From Verrucomicrobiia bacterium (GTDB lineage: Bacteria; Verrucomicrobiota; Verrucomicrobiia; Palsa-1439): a DNA stretch of 64,000 bases. The stretch is taken from assembly GCA_035541135.1 (NCBI GenBank), contig DATKNW010000043.1:17755-81754 (forward strand), in the 5' to 3' direction. Made by a program: the position numbers and the translations under genes. Below, in pieces: positions 1 through 9,533 of the stretch (positions are counted from its first letter, which is position 1; each line of letters begins with the position of its first letter). The notes beneath the pieces were generated by a model. It made no database searches. It was not told the DNA's origin and saw nothing but the letters and a program-made list of their open reading frames with translations.

Positions 1-627
1 CCCGCAGCACGCCCCCGCGGTCGGCCGCCGTCAACAGCTCGGCGTCTTCCGGGTTGACTGCCAGCGTCATCGAGCTTTTCGCCCCGGTGTTCCCCTGGGG
101 ATTTGTCTCGGCCTGGTTGACAAACAGCACAAGAACGTTCTGAAGAACCAGTCGCGTGGTCTCTTGATGGGTCGTCGGCTCCGAGTACGTCGCCAGAATG
201 TCGACGTGGTCGCCAGGCTTGACGGCGCCACCGGCAGCGCCGACTTCGCTGGCGCCGATCGAGATGGCCCGCATGCCTGCGGGGATGTCATACGAGATGC
301 TCGGGGTCTGCCCGGGTGGCAAAAGATCTGACGAACGAATCTGCTCCTTGGCCTTGAGGCGAACAAGCGTGATGCGCCCTTCCACATCCTTGCGGTCCTG
401 CACGGCTTCCGGGGTCAAAAGATCTTTGGGATAGGAAATCAATGTGACCATGTCATCGGTGACCTTGGTGCGCGCCGGAATGTCGTCGCGCGCAACGACA
501 ATCGGAACCCAGTTCTCCCTGGCCTGTTTTTTCAGGTTGCTTTCGTACCGATAGACCCCGTAGACCGCGATCAATCCTAGGATCATCGCCGCCAGAATAA
601 AACCGCCCGCACCTGGTTTCTTAGCCA
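1..627 (-). CDS. cpaB: Flp pilus assembly protein CpaB/RcpC. Only the N-terminal ~209 aa are in the window; the gene runs off the left edge.
   Basis: Reverse-strand translation from the ATG at 627 gives MAKKPGAGGFILAAMILGLIAVYGVYRY..., an N-terminal TM anchor followed by a SAF-like domain typical of CpaB. It lies downstream of an Flp pilin gene. The gene is absent from the ORF track because it is truncated by the window edge. Confidence 0.75.
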
Positions 628-1047
628 TACTGAGTCCTCCTTGTTCGACTTTTTTGAGCTAAGGCAAGCAAATGCTGTGCCTTCAATGTGTAAAATGCAA
701 TATCAAAATTGAGAAAATCAGGGAACGGTGGCGCATTCGCGACCCGATAACCGCTAGAAAGCGTGATGATCGGCCTTCGCCGCCAAGCCAGTATAATACT
801 GGGCTGGGAGCAAGATCTCTCATGAGCCGTACGCCTACGAACCTGTTTGTGTTTGAGAATTGCATCAGCCTCACGTTTGTGGAGTTTCTGTGAAATTCGT
901 ATGATCTTGCCTCAACACTGCTGTTGATCTCTCGGTTCTCTCAGCCATCAACCGGTAACGGAAATGCGACCACGCATCCGAGACCGGCCACTCATCCACC
1001 ATCGGATCCGCGTGGCACGCCTGCACGCGGTTGGGAAGAAATCATAG

Positions 1048-1081
1048 GGGGGTGAAGAGGTCTTACCCGCTTCACCCCCCG
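1048..1081 (-). terminator. Intrinsic terminator hairpin downstream of the flp pilin gene.
   Basis: Perfect 11-bp GC-rich inverted repeat, GGGGGGTGAAG ... CTTCACCCCCC, with a 12-nt loop. It sits 26 bp after the flp stop on the minus strand and is followed by a T-containing tract. This is the usual arrangement for an abundant pilin transcript. Confidence 0.6.
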
Positions 1082-1106
1082 ACTTGGACACTTCTAAACC
1101 GCCAAG

Positions 1107-1280
1107 TTACGGCAAGTTCTGATTCACGCTCGACAGCGTGTTATTGATGTGGGTGCCGAGACCCTTCAGCACCAACACGGCCACGACGGCGATCAACGCC
1201 AGAATCAACGCATATTCCACCAGGCTCTGCGCCTTGCGCGACTTCAGGCTCGCATACAGTTTTCGGAGAGTTTTCTTCAT
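1107..1280 (-). CDS. flp: Flp/Fap family type IVb prepilin.
   Basis: The product MKKTLRKLYASLKSRKAQSLVEYALILALIAVVAVLVLKG... contains the Flp motif (xxLVEYALIxALIAVV) and is 57 aa long. AAGGAGG lies 6 nt upstream of the ATG at 1280, so the upstream M codon at 1298 would include the RBS. The gene is in a tad-locus context with cpaB. Confidence 0.8.
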   Translation of the reverse strand: MKKTLRKLYASLKSRKAQSLVEYALILALIAVVAVLVLKGLGTHINNTLSSVNQNLP

Positions 1281-1353
1281 CACATTCACCTCCTTCATCT
1301 GGTTTCCTTCATATCTTCTGACCCGACGGACTTGTTTCGTGACGACTCAACCG

Positions 1354-1369
1354 AGCAGCATATGTGCCA
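1354..1369 (-). promoter_or_regulatory. Candidate sigma-54 (-24/-12) promoter for flp.
   Basis: The minus strand reads TGGCACatatgcTGCT. GG and GC are spaced exactly as in the consensus TGGCACG-N4-TTGCW, with one mismatch in the -12 box. It lies about 75 bp upstream of the flp ATG and is followed by an AT-rich stretch (1380-1450) that could hold an IHF or enhancer region. A sigma-54 EBP gene is present in the window. Confidence 0.4.
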
Positions 1370-1571
1370 CCAGTTCATTTCTACGTACCGCACGCGAAGT
1401 GTCTGTGTAGTAAATTATGATAATATGCTTATAATAAACTTGTTAAGATACACACTATTGCAGTGACTTTAGATGGATGAATTCGCCACGATTTTCTCAC
1501 GATTCCCATAGTTGACCAATGTTATGGACATGTCGTGATAAAGTGTCCAGTTTCTGAACACTTTCTTATCA

Positions 1572-3155
1572 TCAATGCAACTCGTACAGTGTCATTCCTG
1601 ACTCCACCACCAAGCTCGCCCCACGTACATCAAAGAAATGCCCAAAAATGTCCGGTGACAGGCCCGGCGGTACGGCTAGAAGCGCGTGTTGGCCATCGGC
1701 CGCTCCGAAATCGCTTTGGAAAGTTGTCTTCCAGTGATATCCGACCCAGGTCTTCCTCCCGAGATCATCCGCGGACGAAGCGTCCGAGAACAGAAGAACG
1801 TTCCGATACTCCGGCAAGTGGTATTCGAACTGGCGAAATCCCCAATAGAAGCTTTCGACGCCGTGACAGATGACGACGTTGGCGGGCGCCCATTTACGTC
1901 GAATCGCTTGGAAGCACGCAGATAGATCAGCGTCATGCCTCCGTATTTCCACGCCCGTCAGGGGCATACCCGCCAGCAGTCGCTCCGCCCAGACGGGCTG
2001 GAGGACAAATATGATCGAGTTGATCGCCACGACGAACCCAAGCACGCCGCAATGGGTCCAGCCTCGACGGACGCGGAGCAAACCCGACAGGCGGCCTGAG
2101 TGCCGAACGAGGCCGAGAGCGGCGAAGATGGCAACAGCCGGAAAGAAATTGAGCGCGTACCCGGGCATCGTCACATACATGAGCAGCCAGAACAACACCA
2201 TCGGGGCGATCCACAGCGCGAGCAGGTGGAACTGAAGTCTGTGCGCTCGACGAAGATGGTCCTTGGCCGTCGGCTTCTCGAAGACGCTCCACAGGATGAA
2301 CTCGATTACAAAAATGAGCGCCGCGGCCAACAGCCCCACCCAGGTGGCTGCGCTGAGATTGCCGATATTCGTCCAGAACGCTTTCAGCCCTCCTCCGCCC
2401 CAGACAGTTTGGTGGGCATCAAACTGGTTCTTGAGCCGAAGCAAGTGAATGTAGGAGGCGAAACCGCCCGCCGACCTCATGGTGGGTATGAACCAGAACA
2501 GTGAAAAACTAACTGTCAATGCAATCGCGCAGAGCAACTTCCACCCGCGCTGTTGCTCGGCCCGCCACAGGACATACAGACCCAACGGAATCAGGCAGGG
2601 TGCGGTTTGTTGGCGAACGCCCGCGACCGCCGCGAGCAGAGCGGCCAGCAGCACCGTTTGAAACCAGGTCACTCTTTGCCGGATGGCTCGCCAGCCGAGA
2701 AGCACGAAGCTTGTGACTAGGGCGCTGTCCACGATTGTTGTCAACGCGACTTCACTGTGGAACCAGCACAACGGGCTGGTGAGCAGAATCAGTCCGGTGG
2801 CCCATCCGCATTCGCGGCCAAACATCGAGGTCGCCAGCAGATAGCCCGCCGCCACCAACCACGCCCCCGCAATCACACTCAGCCAGACCAGCGCAGCGTG
2901 CGGTTCGCCAACCACGAGATTTACCAGGCGGCCCAGCACCACGTACAAATAGAAACCGGGAGGTTGCGGTTGGCCGTCGCGAAGATCGTACTCGCCAAGC
3001 GCCAGGGCAAACTGGGCGCTGTCCCAGTGGTAGGCGAGCTGACTGCGAAATGGGATTCGCACGGCAAGGGCGACCACGAGGACGAGCGCGACTGCCGCCC
3101 CGTCCCATCTTGTCCACCGGCCTACGTCCGTTTGATTCTCGTGACCGTCAATCAT
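1572..3155 (-). CDS. Polytopic membrane glycosyltransferase, GT-C fold (GT39/PMT_2 / ArnT-like), paralog A.
   Basis: About 527 aa, multi-TM N-terminal region, and a YHWDSAQF loop motif shared with the next gene. The start is chosen at the MIDGHENQ Met rather than at the upstream alternative start. Confidence 0.55.
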   Translation of the reverse strand: MIDGHENQTDVGRWTRWDGAAVALVLVVALAVRIPFRSQLAYHWDSAQFALALGEYDLRDGQPQPPGFYLYVVLGRLVNLVVGEPHAALVWLSVIAGAWLVAAGYLLATSMFGRECGWATGLILLTSPLCWFHSEVALTTIVDSALVTSFVLLGWRAIRQRVTWFQTVLLAALLAAVAGVRQQTAPCLIPLGLYVLWRAEQQRGWKLLCAIALTVSFSLFWFIPTMRSAGGFASYIHLLRLKNQFDAHQTVWGGGGLKAFWTNIGNLSAATWVGLLAAALIFVIEFILWSVFEKPTAKDHLRRAHRLQFHLLALWIAPMVLFWLLMYVTMPGYALNFFPAVAIFAALGLVRHSGRLSGLLRVRRGWTHCGVLGFVVAINSIIFVLQPVWAERLLAGMPLTGVEIRRHDADLSACFQAIRRKWAPANVVICHGVESFYWGFRQFEYHLPEYRNVLLFSDASSADDLGRKTWVGYHWKTTFQSDFGAADGQHALLAVPPGLSPDIFGHFFDVRGASLVVESGMTLYELH

Positions 3156-3237
3156 TGTTGCGCGACCTCGGCGGCCTTCGGTGGCATCTGAGTTTCTTCT
3201 CACGTGCCAGGCAATTCGCCGCGAATCTCGCCGCTCG

Positions 3238-4821
3238 TCACCCCGATGGTTTCATGTCCTGCGCTGGAAGAAGATACAGGTTTCCGGTTATGCGTGATAC
3301 CGCTCTCATGCTGGCGAGCGACAGGTATGGGGCGAAGATTTCGACGCTTTCGCCGGGCGGCACGAACAAGACCACGCCCGTTTTGTTCTGCAGATCGGGC
3401 TTGTCCACGAACCCAAGGCGGCCATCACGGACGCGCCAGATCGGTTTGCCCGGCGGATGCAGCGCGGTTGAATCCAGCACGAGTTGGTACTGCTCGTACT
3501 CCGGCAGGCAGACCTGGAAATGGCGCAAACCCCACAGGTAATATTCTTCGGAAAAACAGATCACCACGTCCTTTGGCGAAAATCTCTGCCGAACGTCCGC
3601 GACGATCCCGGACAACTGCGAGTCGTGCCGGGCAATCTCCGCCGAGGTTCGCGCCATGCCGAAGAAGACCCGGTCCCACAGCGCCGGCCAGGCCAGAAAT
3701 GAAATCACATTCACGGCGCCAATGGCCACGATCAGGAGCGAACGGTATCGGGCGTTCTTCAGAGTGGCAATCACGATTGCCGTCAGCAGAAACAACGCTG
3801 GCAGATAACCCAGCACGTAACCCGGTTGTTTCGTAAACCCAATCACGGTCCCGAAGATCACCATGGGCACAACCCATGCCGCCAGCACCGCCAGCGCGAG
3901 GGCGTGTTGACTGTTCCACAGTCGCTTCTGTTCGGTCGTCATTCGCGCCGCGCGGTACAGAAGCGCCGCGATCCATATCACCGCGGCCAGCATCAGACCG
4001 TTCAGGCAATAACCCGTGGTGTTCGCCACATTCTGCAGGAGCGCATCCCAGCCGCCACCCCAGAGAGTCGAGGAGGCGTTGACGAACGCGTGGCGCCGCA
4101 CGATCGTGAGATAGGCTCCCCACCCGCCCGAGACCCGCAGCATCGGCACGAACCACGCCAGTCCCAACCCAACGGCTGTAACGGCGGCCACCGCCAGCTT
4201 GGCGAGTCGTGCCCGTTGGAACTGCCAGAACGCGAACGCGACCAGCGGCACGAGCTCCGGCACGCTCTGCTGTCGAACGCCCCCCAGCAGCGCCAACAAC
4301 GCCCCGATTGCCACGGCGTCCCACCACGTGCCCCCGCGTTGCACGGCCAGCCACAATTCGAGCACGATGGCACAGACAAGGAAACTGTCTACGACGTACG
4401 TCAGGGCCACGCAACTGTGAAACCACACTTGCGGACTCGTCAACCCCATCACGGCAGCCGCCGCGCCCGCTCGGCGACCTGCCATCACGGTTCCCAGCAG
4501 ATAGAGCACCGCGGATAGTGCGCTGCCGAATACGATGCTGATCCACACCAGGCTGGCGTGCGGGTCGCCAATCCAGTTGTTCACGAGTCGCCCCAACAGG
4601 ACATAGAGGAAATAGCCCGGCGCGTGCGGCTGACTCAGACGAATATCAAATTGACGGATCGCCAGGACGAACTGCGCGCTGTCCCAGTGATACACGAGCC
4701 GGCTGCGGAACGGGACGCGCATCGCCACCGCCACAACAAACAACAGGAAGGCAACGACTCCGTCCCGCATCTGGAGTTGCTGGCCGGCACCGCGACCGCC
4801 GGCCTCAACGTGAGCGCTCAC
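3238..4821 (-). CDS. Polytopic membrane glycosyltransferase, GT-C fold (GT39/PMT_2-like), paralog B.
   Basis: Clear paralog of 1572..3155: RVPFRSRLVYHWDSAQF aligns with RIPFRSQLAYHWDSAQF. The GTG start at 4821 overlaps the upstream gene's stop (GTGA), which suggests translational coupling. Confidence 0.55.
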   Translation of the reverse strand: MSAHVEAGGRGAGQQLQMRDGVVAFLLFVVAVAMRVPFRSRLVYHWDSAQFVLAIRQFDIRLSQPHAPGYFLYVLLGRLVNNWIGDPHASLVWISIVFGSALSAVLYLLGTVMAGRRAGAAAAVMGLTSPQVWFHSCVALTYVVDSFLVCAIVLELWLAVQRGGTWWDAVAIGALLALLGGVRQQSVPELVPLVAFAFWQFQRARLAKLAVAAVTAVGLGLAWFVPMLRVSGGWGAYLTIVRRHAFVNASSTLWGGGWDALLQNVANTTGYCLNGLMLAAVIWIAALLYRAARMTTEQKRLWNSQHALALAVLAAWVVPMVIFGTVIGFTKQPGYVLGYLPALFLLTAIVIATLKNARYRSLLIVAIGAVNVISFLAWPALWDRVFFGMARTSAEIARHDSQLSGIVADVRQRFSPKDVVICFSEEYYLWGLRHFQVCLPEYEQYQLVLDSTALHPPGKPIWRVRDGRLGFVDKPDLQNKTGVVLFVPPGESVEIFAPYLSLASMRAVSRITGNLYLLPAQDMKPSG

Positions 4822-6332
4822 AATCCCTCCTTCGGCCGATACACGTAGTAGAAGTCATCGGATTTGCTGAACGGTTCGGGCACCACGTACCGAGCATCCA
4901 GGTGGTATCGCTTGCGCATCGGGATCAGCCACCGCGGCGGGAACGCCCACACGGGCCGGCGAGAATCGTCGAGAGGAGTCTTGGATATGATGGCAGCGAG
5001 CTCGCCCTGTTCGATTCTGCGCAACAAGTCCGTATCGTCGAATCTGCCAATGCGTTGCATGTGGGCGAACAAACTCGTGTCGATCATGTACGGTGTCCGG
5101 CCGGATCGCACGGCCAGGTACGGCTCCTCGGAGAGCACCGGTCCATCAAGCTTGCCGACGTATGTTGCCAGTTCCTTCCAGGACGTATTGTCACGCGACG
5201 ACAGGAGAATTCGCCAGCCTTGCTCGAATGAAAGCGCGACCGAGAGCCCCAGTGCCGTTGCGAGCCACCAGATATGCGCCCGCCGCACAACGTCGTTCGG
5301 TGAATACGCCAACAGGTCGTCCGTCAACACTCCGGCGAGGACGCACCCGGCGGCAAATGGCTCCAGATAATGGTTGGTCCACGTGCCGTAGATTCGCGAG
5401 CGCGCGAACGCCAGCCCGAGGCTGACAACAAAGTATCGCTTCCAAAGCCCGACACCGGGGAATCGGGCCGGGGCCGCACAAGCGATCGTCGCCCCGAAGA
5501 ACACGACGGCTCCCATCGTCAACGCGGTCAGCAACAACGACCATGTCCACCACCACGACGGGGCTTCCGCCAGACTGTAAAACACATTCAACGCAAACCG
5601 GCCGTTCGTCGCGTGCTGCGCTGCGATCGCCACCGCTGCCAGCACCGCGCCCCACGTCGTTGCCGCGGCGATGGCCCGCCCGAGGCGTCTCCGGAGGATT
5701 TCTTCGAGCGAAATCACGACCAACGGGGCGAAGACGGTGTGTTTGTACATCGTCCCCACGATCAGTAGCGCGACAGACCCTGCGAGATGGATCGGCGCCC
5801 GACCGCGCTGATACACCCACAATGCCGCCAGCGAGAAGAATAATGCCGCGGCATCCGGCCGAAACGAGTTCGCCCATTCCTGTCCCAACTCGCTGGCCCC
5901 CCACAGCAACGTGGCCAGCAGCGCCGCCCGTCGGGAACAACCCACCTGTCGCGCCAACAGGAATATTGCAACGCCGATTCCAACCCAAAACGGGTAGACG
6001 CTCCATCGTGCCGCCACAATCATTTCCAGCCAGGTTCGGGCCGGTCGGGCCACCCAGGCTGATGACCAGTAAAACAACGGCATGTAGGCGGTGATCGCGT
6101 AGGGTGGCCGCGTGTAGTCCAGATAGAGCGGCCCGCCGTTGTGCAGGCGACTCACGGCAAACAGAGATTCGCTCTCGGTCGGGGAATTCTCCCCGTCAAA
6201 CCCGATTCGTCCGATCAGCAGCCCTTGCCGCAGCGCGGTCAACACGACCAACACGGCCAGAAGAATCCCGATCCACTTCCGTATGCCGGCTGCCGAAAGC
6301 GTTCCGCGCGCGCGTTCCACGGACTGCCGCAT
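4818..6332 (-). CDS. Polytopic membrane protein, putative GT-C glycosyltransferase of unassigned family.
   Basis: 504-aa ORF with more than 10 predicted TM segments and uniform codon usage. It is the second gene of a four-gene minus-strand membrane-protein operon. Confidence 0.45.
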   Translation of the reverse strand: MRQSVERARGTLSAAGIRKWIGILLAVLVVLTALRQGLLIGRIGFDGENSPTESESLFAVSRLHNGGPLYLDYTRPPYAITAYMPLFYWSSAWVARPARTWLEMIVAARWSVYPFWVGIGVAIFLLARQVGCSRRAALLATLLWGASELGQEWANSFRPDAAALFFSLAALWVYQRGRAPIHLAGSVALLIVGTMYKHTVFAPLVVISLEEILRRRLGRAIAAATTWGAVLAAVAIAAQHATNGRFALNVFYSLAEAPSWWWTWSLLLTALTMGAVVFFGATIACAAPARFPGVGLWKRYFVVSLGLAFARSRIYGTWTNHYLEPFAAGCVLAGVLTDDLLAYSPNDVVRRAHIWWLATALGLSVALSFEQGWRILLSSRDNTSWKELATYVGKLDGPVLSEEPYLAVRSGRTPYMIDTSLFAHMQRIGRFDDTDLLRRIEQGELAAIISKTPLDDSRRPVWAFPPRWLIPMRKRYHLDARYVVPEPFSKSDDFYYVYRPKEGL

Positions 6333-6365
6333 AACACAGCCGCCGCATCAAATGCGACACCAGAA

Positions 6366-7598
6366 TTACGGGTTCCGCTCGCGGACGAGGAAGAAGCAGA
6401 ATCCGATCAGCCCGTAGAGGGGCAGGTAATTCAGCAGGATCATCAGAAGGGGAGATCCGCCCCAGAACGATTTGTCCCATGGACCTTCAGAATTCGTCGC
6501 GATGAGGAGCGCGGAGAATACGAGCAGGCGCCGCCAGGAAGACGATGCCGCGAGCCGGGCCGCGGCCAGTCCAACCGGGAAGATCAACTGGACGAAGTAG
6601 TACGCGCACCCGTAGACCGTGAGGGTCGCCGCGCACAAGAGGGAAAACTGCAGGTCTTCATCGCCGTCCGTTGTAACGCAAAACAAATACGCCGCCGCGA
6701 CCGCCGCCAACCCGATGCTGCTGCCGGTCATCCACAATCCCCGGCCCGGCTCAACCGACGCGGTTCCACTGCGCAACGCCTGCGCCAAATTGATGACGAA
6801 CGACGACAGGGTGAAGTTGAACGTGTGGCCGACCGCCCACCAGCGGATGATGGGAGGAGCGACCTCGTAGAAGTCGGCCCACAGGCCGGGCCCGGTCACG
6901 AGCACGATCGCGCCGGCGCCCAACGCCAGCGCGGCGGCGGTGCGCAGACGTTTCCACATCGGGCGTTTGCTGCGCCAAATGAACCACGGCAAGAACGCCA
7001 GCGGATACATCTTCACCAGTCCCGCCAAGAGCACGAGCCAGCAGGCCCGGTCTTCCTTGCCGGCCTTGTGCCAAGCATACGCCGCCAGCAACGCCGCCGT
7101 CAGCGTCAGGTTCTCGGGGGAAAACGCAAAGTGCCACAACACGGGCGACGAGGACACGAACCCGGCGCAGAGGAACCACCAACCTCGTTCGCTGAGCTGG
7201 CCCTTCAGCAGATGCCTTGTCAGCCACAGGACCGCCACGAGGCTGACGGCTTCGATGGCCACCCGCAGCCAGAAGGCCGGTCGCTGCGCCAGCATGGCCA
7301 TCGGCACCCACAACCACAGCGATACCGGCGTGCTCGTCGCCACCTCCGGGCGCAGAAACACGGGCTTCTCTGTTCCCGCCGTCGCGGGAGTTCGGTAGGG
7401 ATTCTGGCCTTCCCACAGCAGCCGGCTCGTAATGTAGTAATGATCGAAGTCCGGCGCGAACGCGCGCGACGGCAACATCTCGACGATCCAGACGACGTGG
7501 ATCAACGCGATCACCGCCGCGCCCACAGCCAGCACGGGAGCCAGCACGGGACTGCGCCACATTCGATCCGGTCCGATCATTCTTCGCGGCCCATGCAA
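6366..7598 (-). CDS. GT87/DUF2029-like membrane mannosyltransferase-type protein.
   Basis: About 410 aa, multi-TM, with a KMYPLAFLPWF motif characteristic of the DUF2029/GT87 family (PimE-like polyprenol-phosphate-mannose dependent transferases). It is the first gene of the minus-strand operon. Confidence 0.55.
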   Translation of the reverse strand: MHGPRRMIGPDRMWRSPVLAPVLAVGAAVIALIHVVWIVEMLPSRAFAPDFDHYYITSRLLWEGQNPYRTPATAGTEKPVFLRPEVATSTPVSLWLWVPMAMLAQRPAFWLRVAIEAVSLVAVLWLTRHLLKGQLSERGWWFLCAGFVSSSPVLWHFAFSPENLTLTAALLAAYAWHKAGKEDRACWLVLLAGLVKMYPLAFLPWFIWRSKRPMWKRLRTAAALALGAGAIVLVTGPGLWADFYEVAPPIIRWWAVGHTFNFTLSSFVINLAQALRSGTASVEPGRGLWMTGSSIGLAAVAAAYLFCVTTDGDEDLQFSLLCAATLTVYGCAYYFVQLIFPVGLAAARLAASSSWRRLLVFSALLIATNSEGPWDKSFWGGSPLLMILLNYLPLYGLIGFCFFLVRERNP

Positions 7599-7982
7599 AA
7601 TCTAATAACAGGGCACCCGGACAACTCCAAGCGGAAATCTCCCGGACCTCCGGGCCGGCCCCATCGAAGTGCGAGACCGGGGCGCCCACCGCTCCCCCCT
7701 GCCGTCCCCACCGGCCCCCGCGCTGGCGTCCCTGCTCCGACAGGAGTCGCGAGTCCCTCTCGGACTTGCGGTCGTTTGCCCCGTCGTCCCATCAACCATC
7801 CGCCATCGACCATCTCCAGCCCGTCCCCTCATTCCTCTTGCCCATCCCGCCACCGCGACGCATTCCCTCCGGTGTAGCAACGTCTCTGCGAGACGTTCAG
7901 CTTTCCGCCTTTGTCCCACTCGTGCTTTCCTGTGTGCACTTCGGCGTTGAACATTCGGTCACGGCTCCGTAATCTGCCGCTG

Positions 7983-9533
7983 ATGGCGGCAAACGGAAAC
8001 GGTCCCGACTCACAGCCGCGCGTGCAGACGGACTCCGACGCGGAATCCTCCGGCGGCATCCTGCCGTGGGTGATGCCGACGTTGACGCAATGGCTCTGGC
8101 TGGTGATCCTGCTGATTCTGCTGGCCAATCCCTGGCGCACCATGATGGCCGCGAGCGACGGCGACACCTGCATGCACTGGCGCGTCGGCGAATACATGCT
8201 CGAAACCGGCCGCCTGATCCGTGCCGACGTGTTTTCCCACACCCGCTACGGCGCCCCGATCATCTCCAAGGAGTGGCTGTCGGAAATCATCTTTGCCCTG
8301 GCGGGCCGCGTGTGGGGATTGTACGGCCTGTGCGTCGTGACCGCGCTGTTGATCGCCACGACGTTCGCCCTGCTGCATCGCCAACTGGTGCGCGAGAGCG
8401 GGAACCACGCCGTCGCGATCTTTGTGGCGTTCCTCGCTGCGTGGGCGGCCTGTGCGCACTGGATGGCGCGTCCGCATGCGTTCAGTTTCCTCCTGGCGGT
8501 GTTGTGGGTCGACGCCCTGCGTCGCTTCGAGCGCGGCGAATCGGCCCGGCGCCTGCTCGTCACGCTCGGCGCGTTGACGCTGCTGTGGGTCAACCTGCAC
8601 GGCGGCTACCTGGCCGGGTTCATCACGCTGGGGATTTACTGGATGGGCGCGCTGATCGAGCTGCCGCTGGCCCGCGCCGACCAGAACCGATCCAGCGCCG
8701 TCCGCCGCAAGCTGGCGGTGCTGACCGGCGCGATCGCATTGTGCGGTGTCGTCTCGCTGCTGAACCCGAGCGGGTATCAGCTCCACCTTCACAACCTTCA
8801 TTTTCTCCGTTCCTCGTACCTGACCAACTGGCTGGCGGAATACGCCTCGTCCGATTTTCATGCGTTTGACTCGCACGGATTTCTTGCCTGGCTGGCGTTG
8901 ACGTTTTTGACGCTGGCCCTGGCGCGGCCACGGCTGTCGCCGGCGTCAGCATTGCTGCTGATCGTGTGGACGTATTTTGGACTGTACGCCGTGCGGAACA
9001 TTCCGCTGACGGTTGTCTTCGTGGCGCCGATCCTGGCGACAGCACTGGCCGATGCCGCGCCGGCGTGGGCGCGACGATTGTCCGACCGCATGCGTGAGAC
9101 CGATGAAATGTCGCGGGCCTGGCCACTGGTGGGCGCCGTGGCCATCGTCGCCGTCGTGGCATTCCCCCGGCCGACCGAGATGCCGGCGAAGAAATGGCCC
9201 GTCGACGCCGTTGCCTACATCCACCAGCATCCCGATCGGTTCACGGGGAATATGTTCAACAACTACGTGTGGGGCGGCTACCTGCTCTACGCCCTGCCCG
9301 AGCACCGCGTGTTCGTGGATGGCCGCACCGATTTCTACGGCGAATCCCTGATCCGCCAGTACGACGACACGTCGCTCCTGCACACGAACTGGCAGCAACC
9401 CCTCGCGCAGTACCACGTGGATTGGACGCTCATGCCCGTCGATCACCCCTTGAATCTCGCCCTCGCCTTGCTCCCGGGCTGGCATTGCGTCTATTCCAAT
9501 GAGGTGGCCGCCGTGTTTTGCCGACGACCGTGA
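7983..9533 (+). CDS. Tandem paralog 1 of an unclassified ~520-aa polytopic membrane protein family with GT-C-like architecture.
   Basis: Architecture is about 11 TM segments followed by a ~120-aa C-terminal soluble domain. The first loop carries SDGDTCMHW...FSHT...EWLSE, conserved in all five copies. The start is ambiguous between 7911, 7983 and 8073; 7983 matches the N-terminal length of the other paralogs. Confidence 0.6.
   Translation: MAANGNGPDSQPRVQTDSDAESSGGILPWVMPTLTQWLWLVILLILLANPWRTMMAASDGDTCMHWRVGEYMLETGRLIRADVFSHTRYGAPIISKEWLSEIIFALAGRVWGLYGLCVVTALLIATTFALLHRQLVRESGNHAVAIFVAFLAAWAACAHWMARPHAFSFLLAVLWVDALRRFERGESARRLLVTLGALTLLWVNLHGGYLAGFITLGIYWMGALIELPLARADQNRSSAVRRKLAVLTGAIALCGVVSLLNPSGYQLHLHNLHFLRSSYLTNWLAEYASSDFHAFDSHGFLAWLALTFLTLALARPRLSPASALLLIVWTYFGLYAVRNIPLTVVFVAPILATALADAAPAWARRLSDRMRETDEMSRAWPLVGAVAIVAVVAFPRPTEMPAKKWPVDAVAYIHQHPDRFTGNMFNNYVWGGYLLYALPEHRVFVDGRTDFYGESLIRQYDDTSLLHTNWQQPLAQYHVDWTLMPVDHPLNLALALLPGWHCVYSNEVAAVFCRRP

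Noticed and set aside
672-893. Small ORFs in the 480-bp gap between cpaB and flp, including the 73-aa ORF at 672..893 and the 63-aa ORF at 683..874. A second pilin or a prepilin peptidase was considered.
   Set aside because: The translations have neither an Flp motif nor peptidase features, and there is no RBS. The region is more likely promoter or leader for cpaB.
3425-4546. Long antisense ORFs (373 aa at 3425..4546, and others such as 10957..12093, 5191..6006, 8010..8876 and 40494..42101) with Arg/Gly/Pro-rich translations.
   Set aside because: Typical shadow ORFs of a high-GC genome. They lie opposite well-supported membrane-protein genes, have low-complexity R/G/P/A composition, and have no start-site signals.
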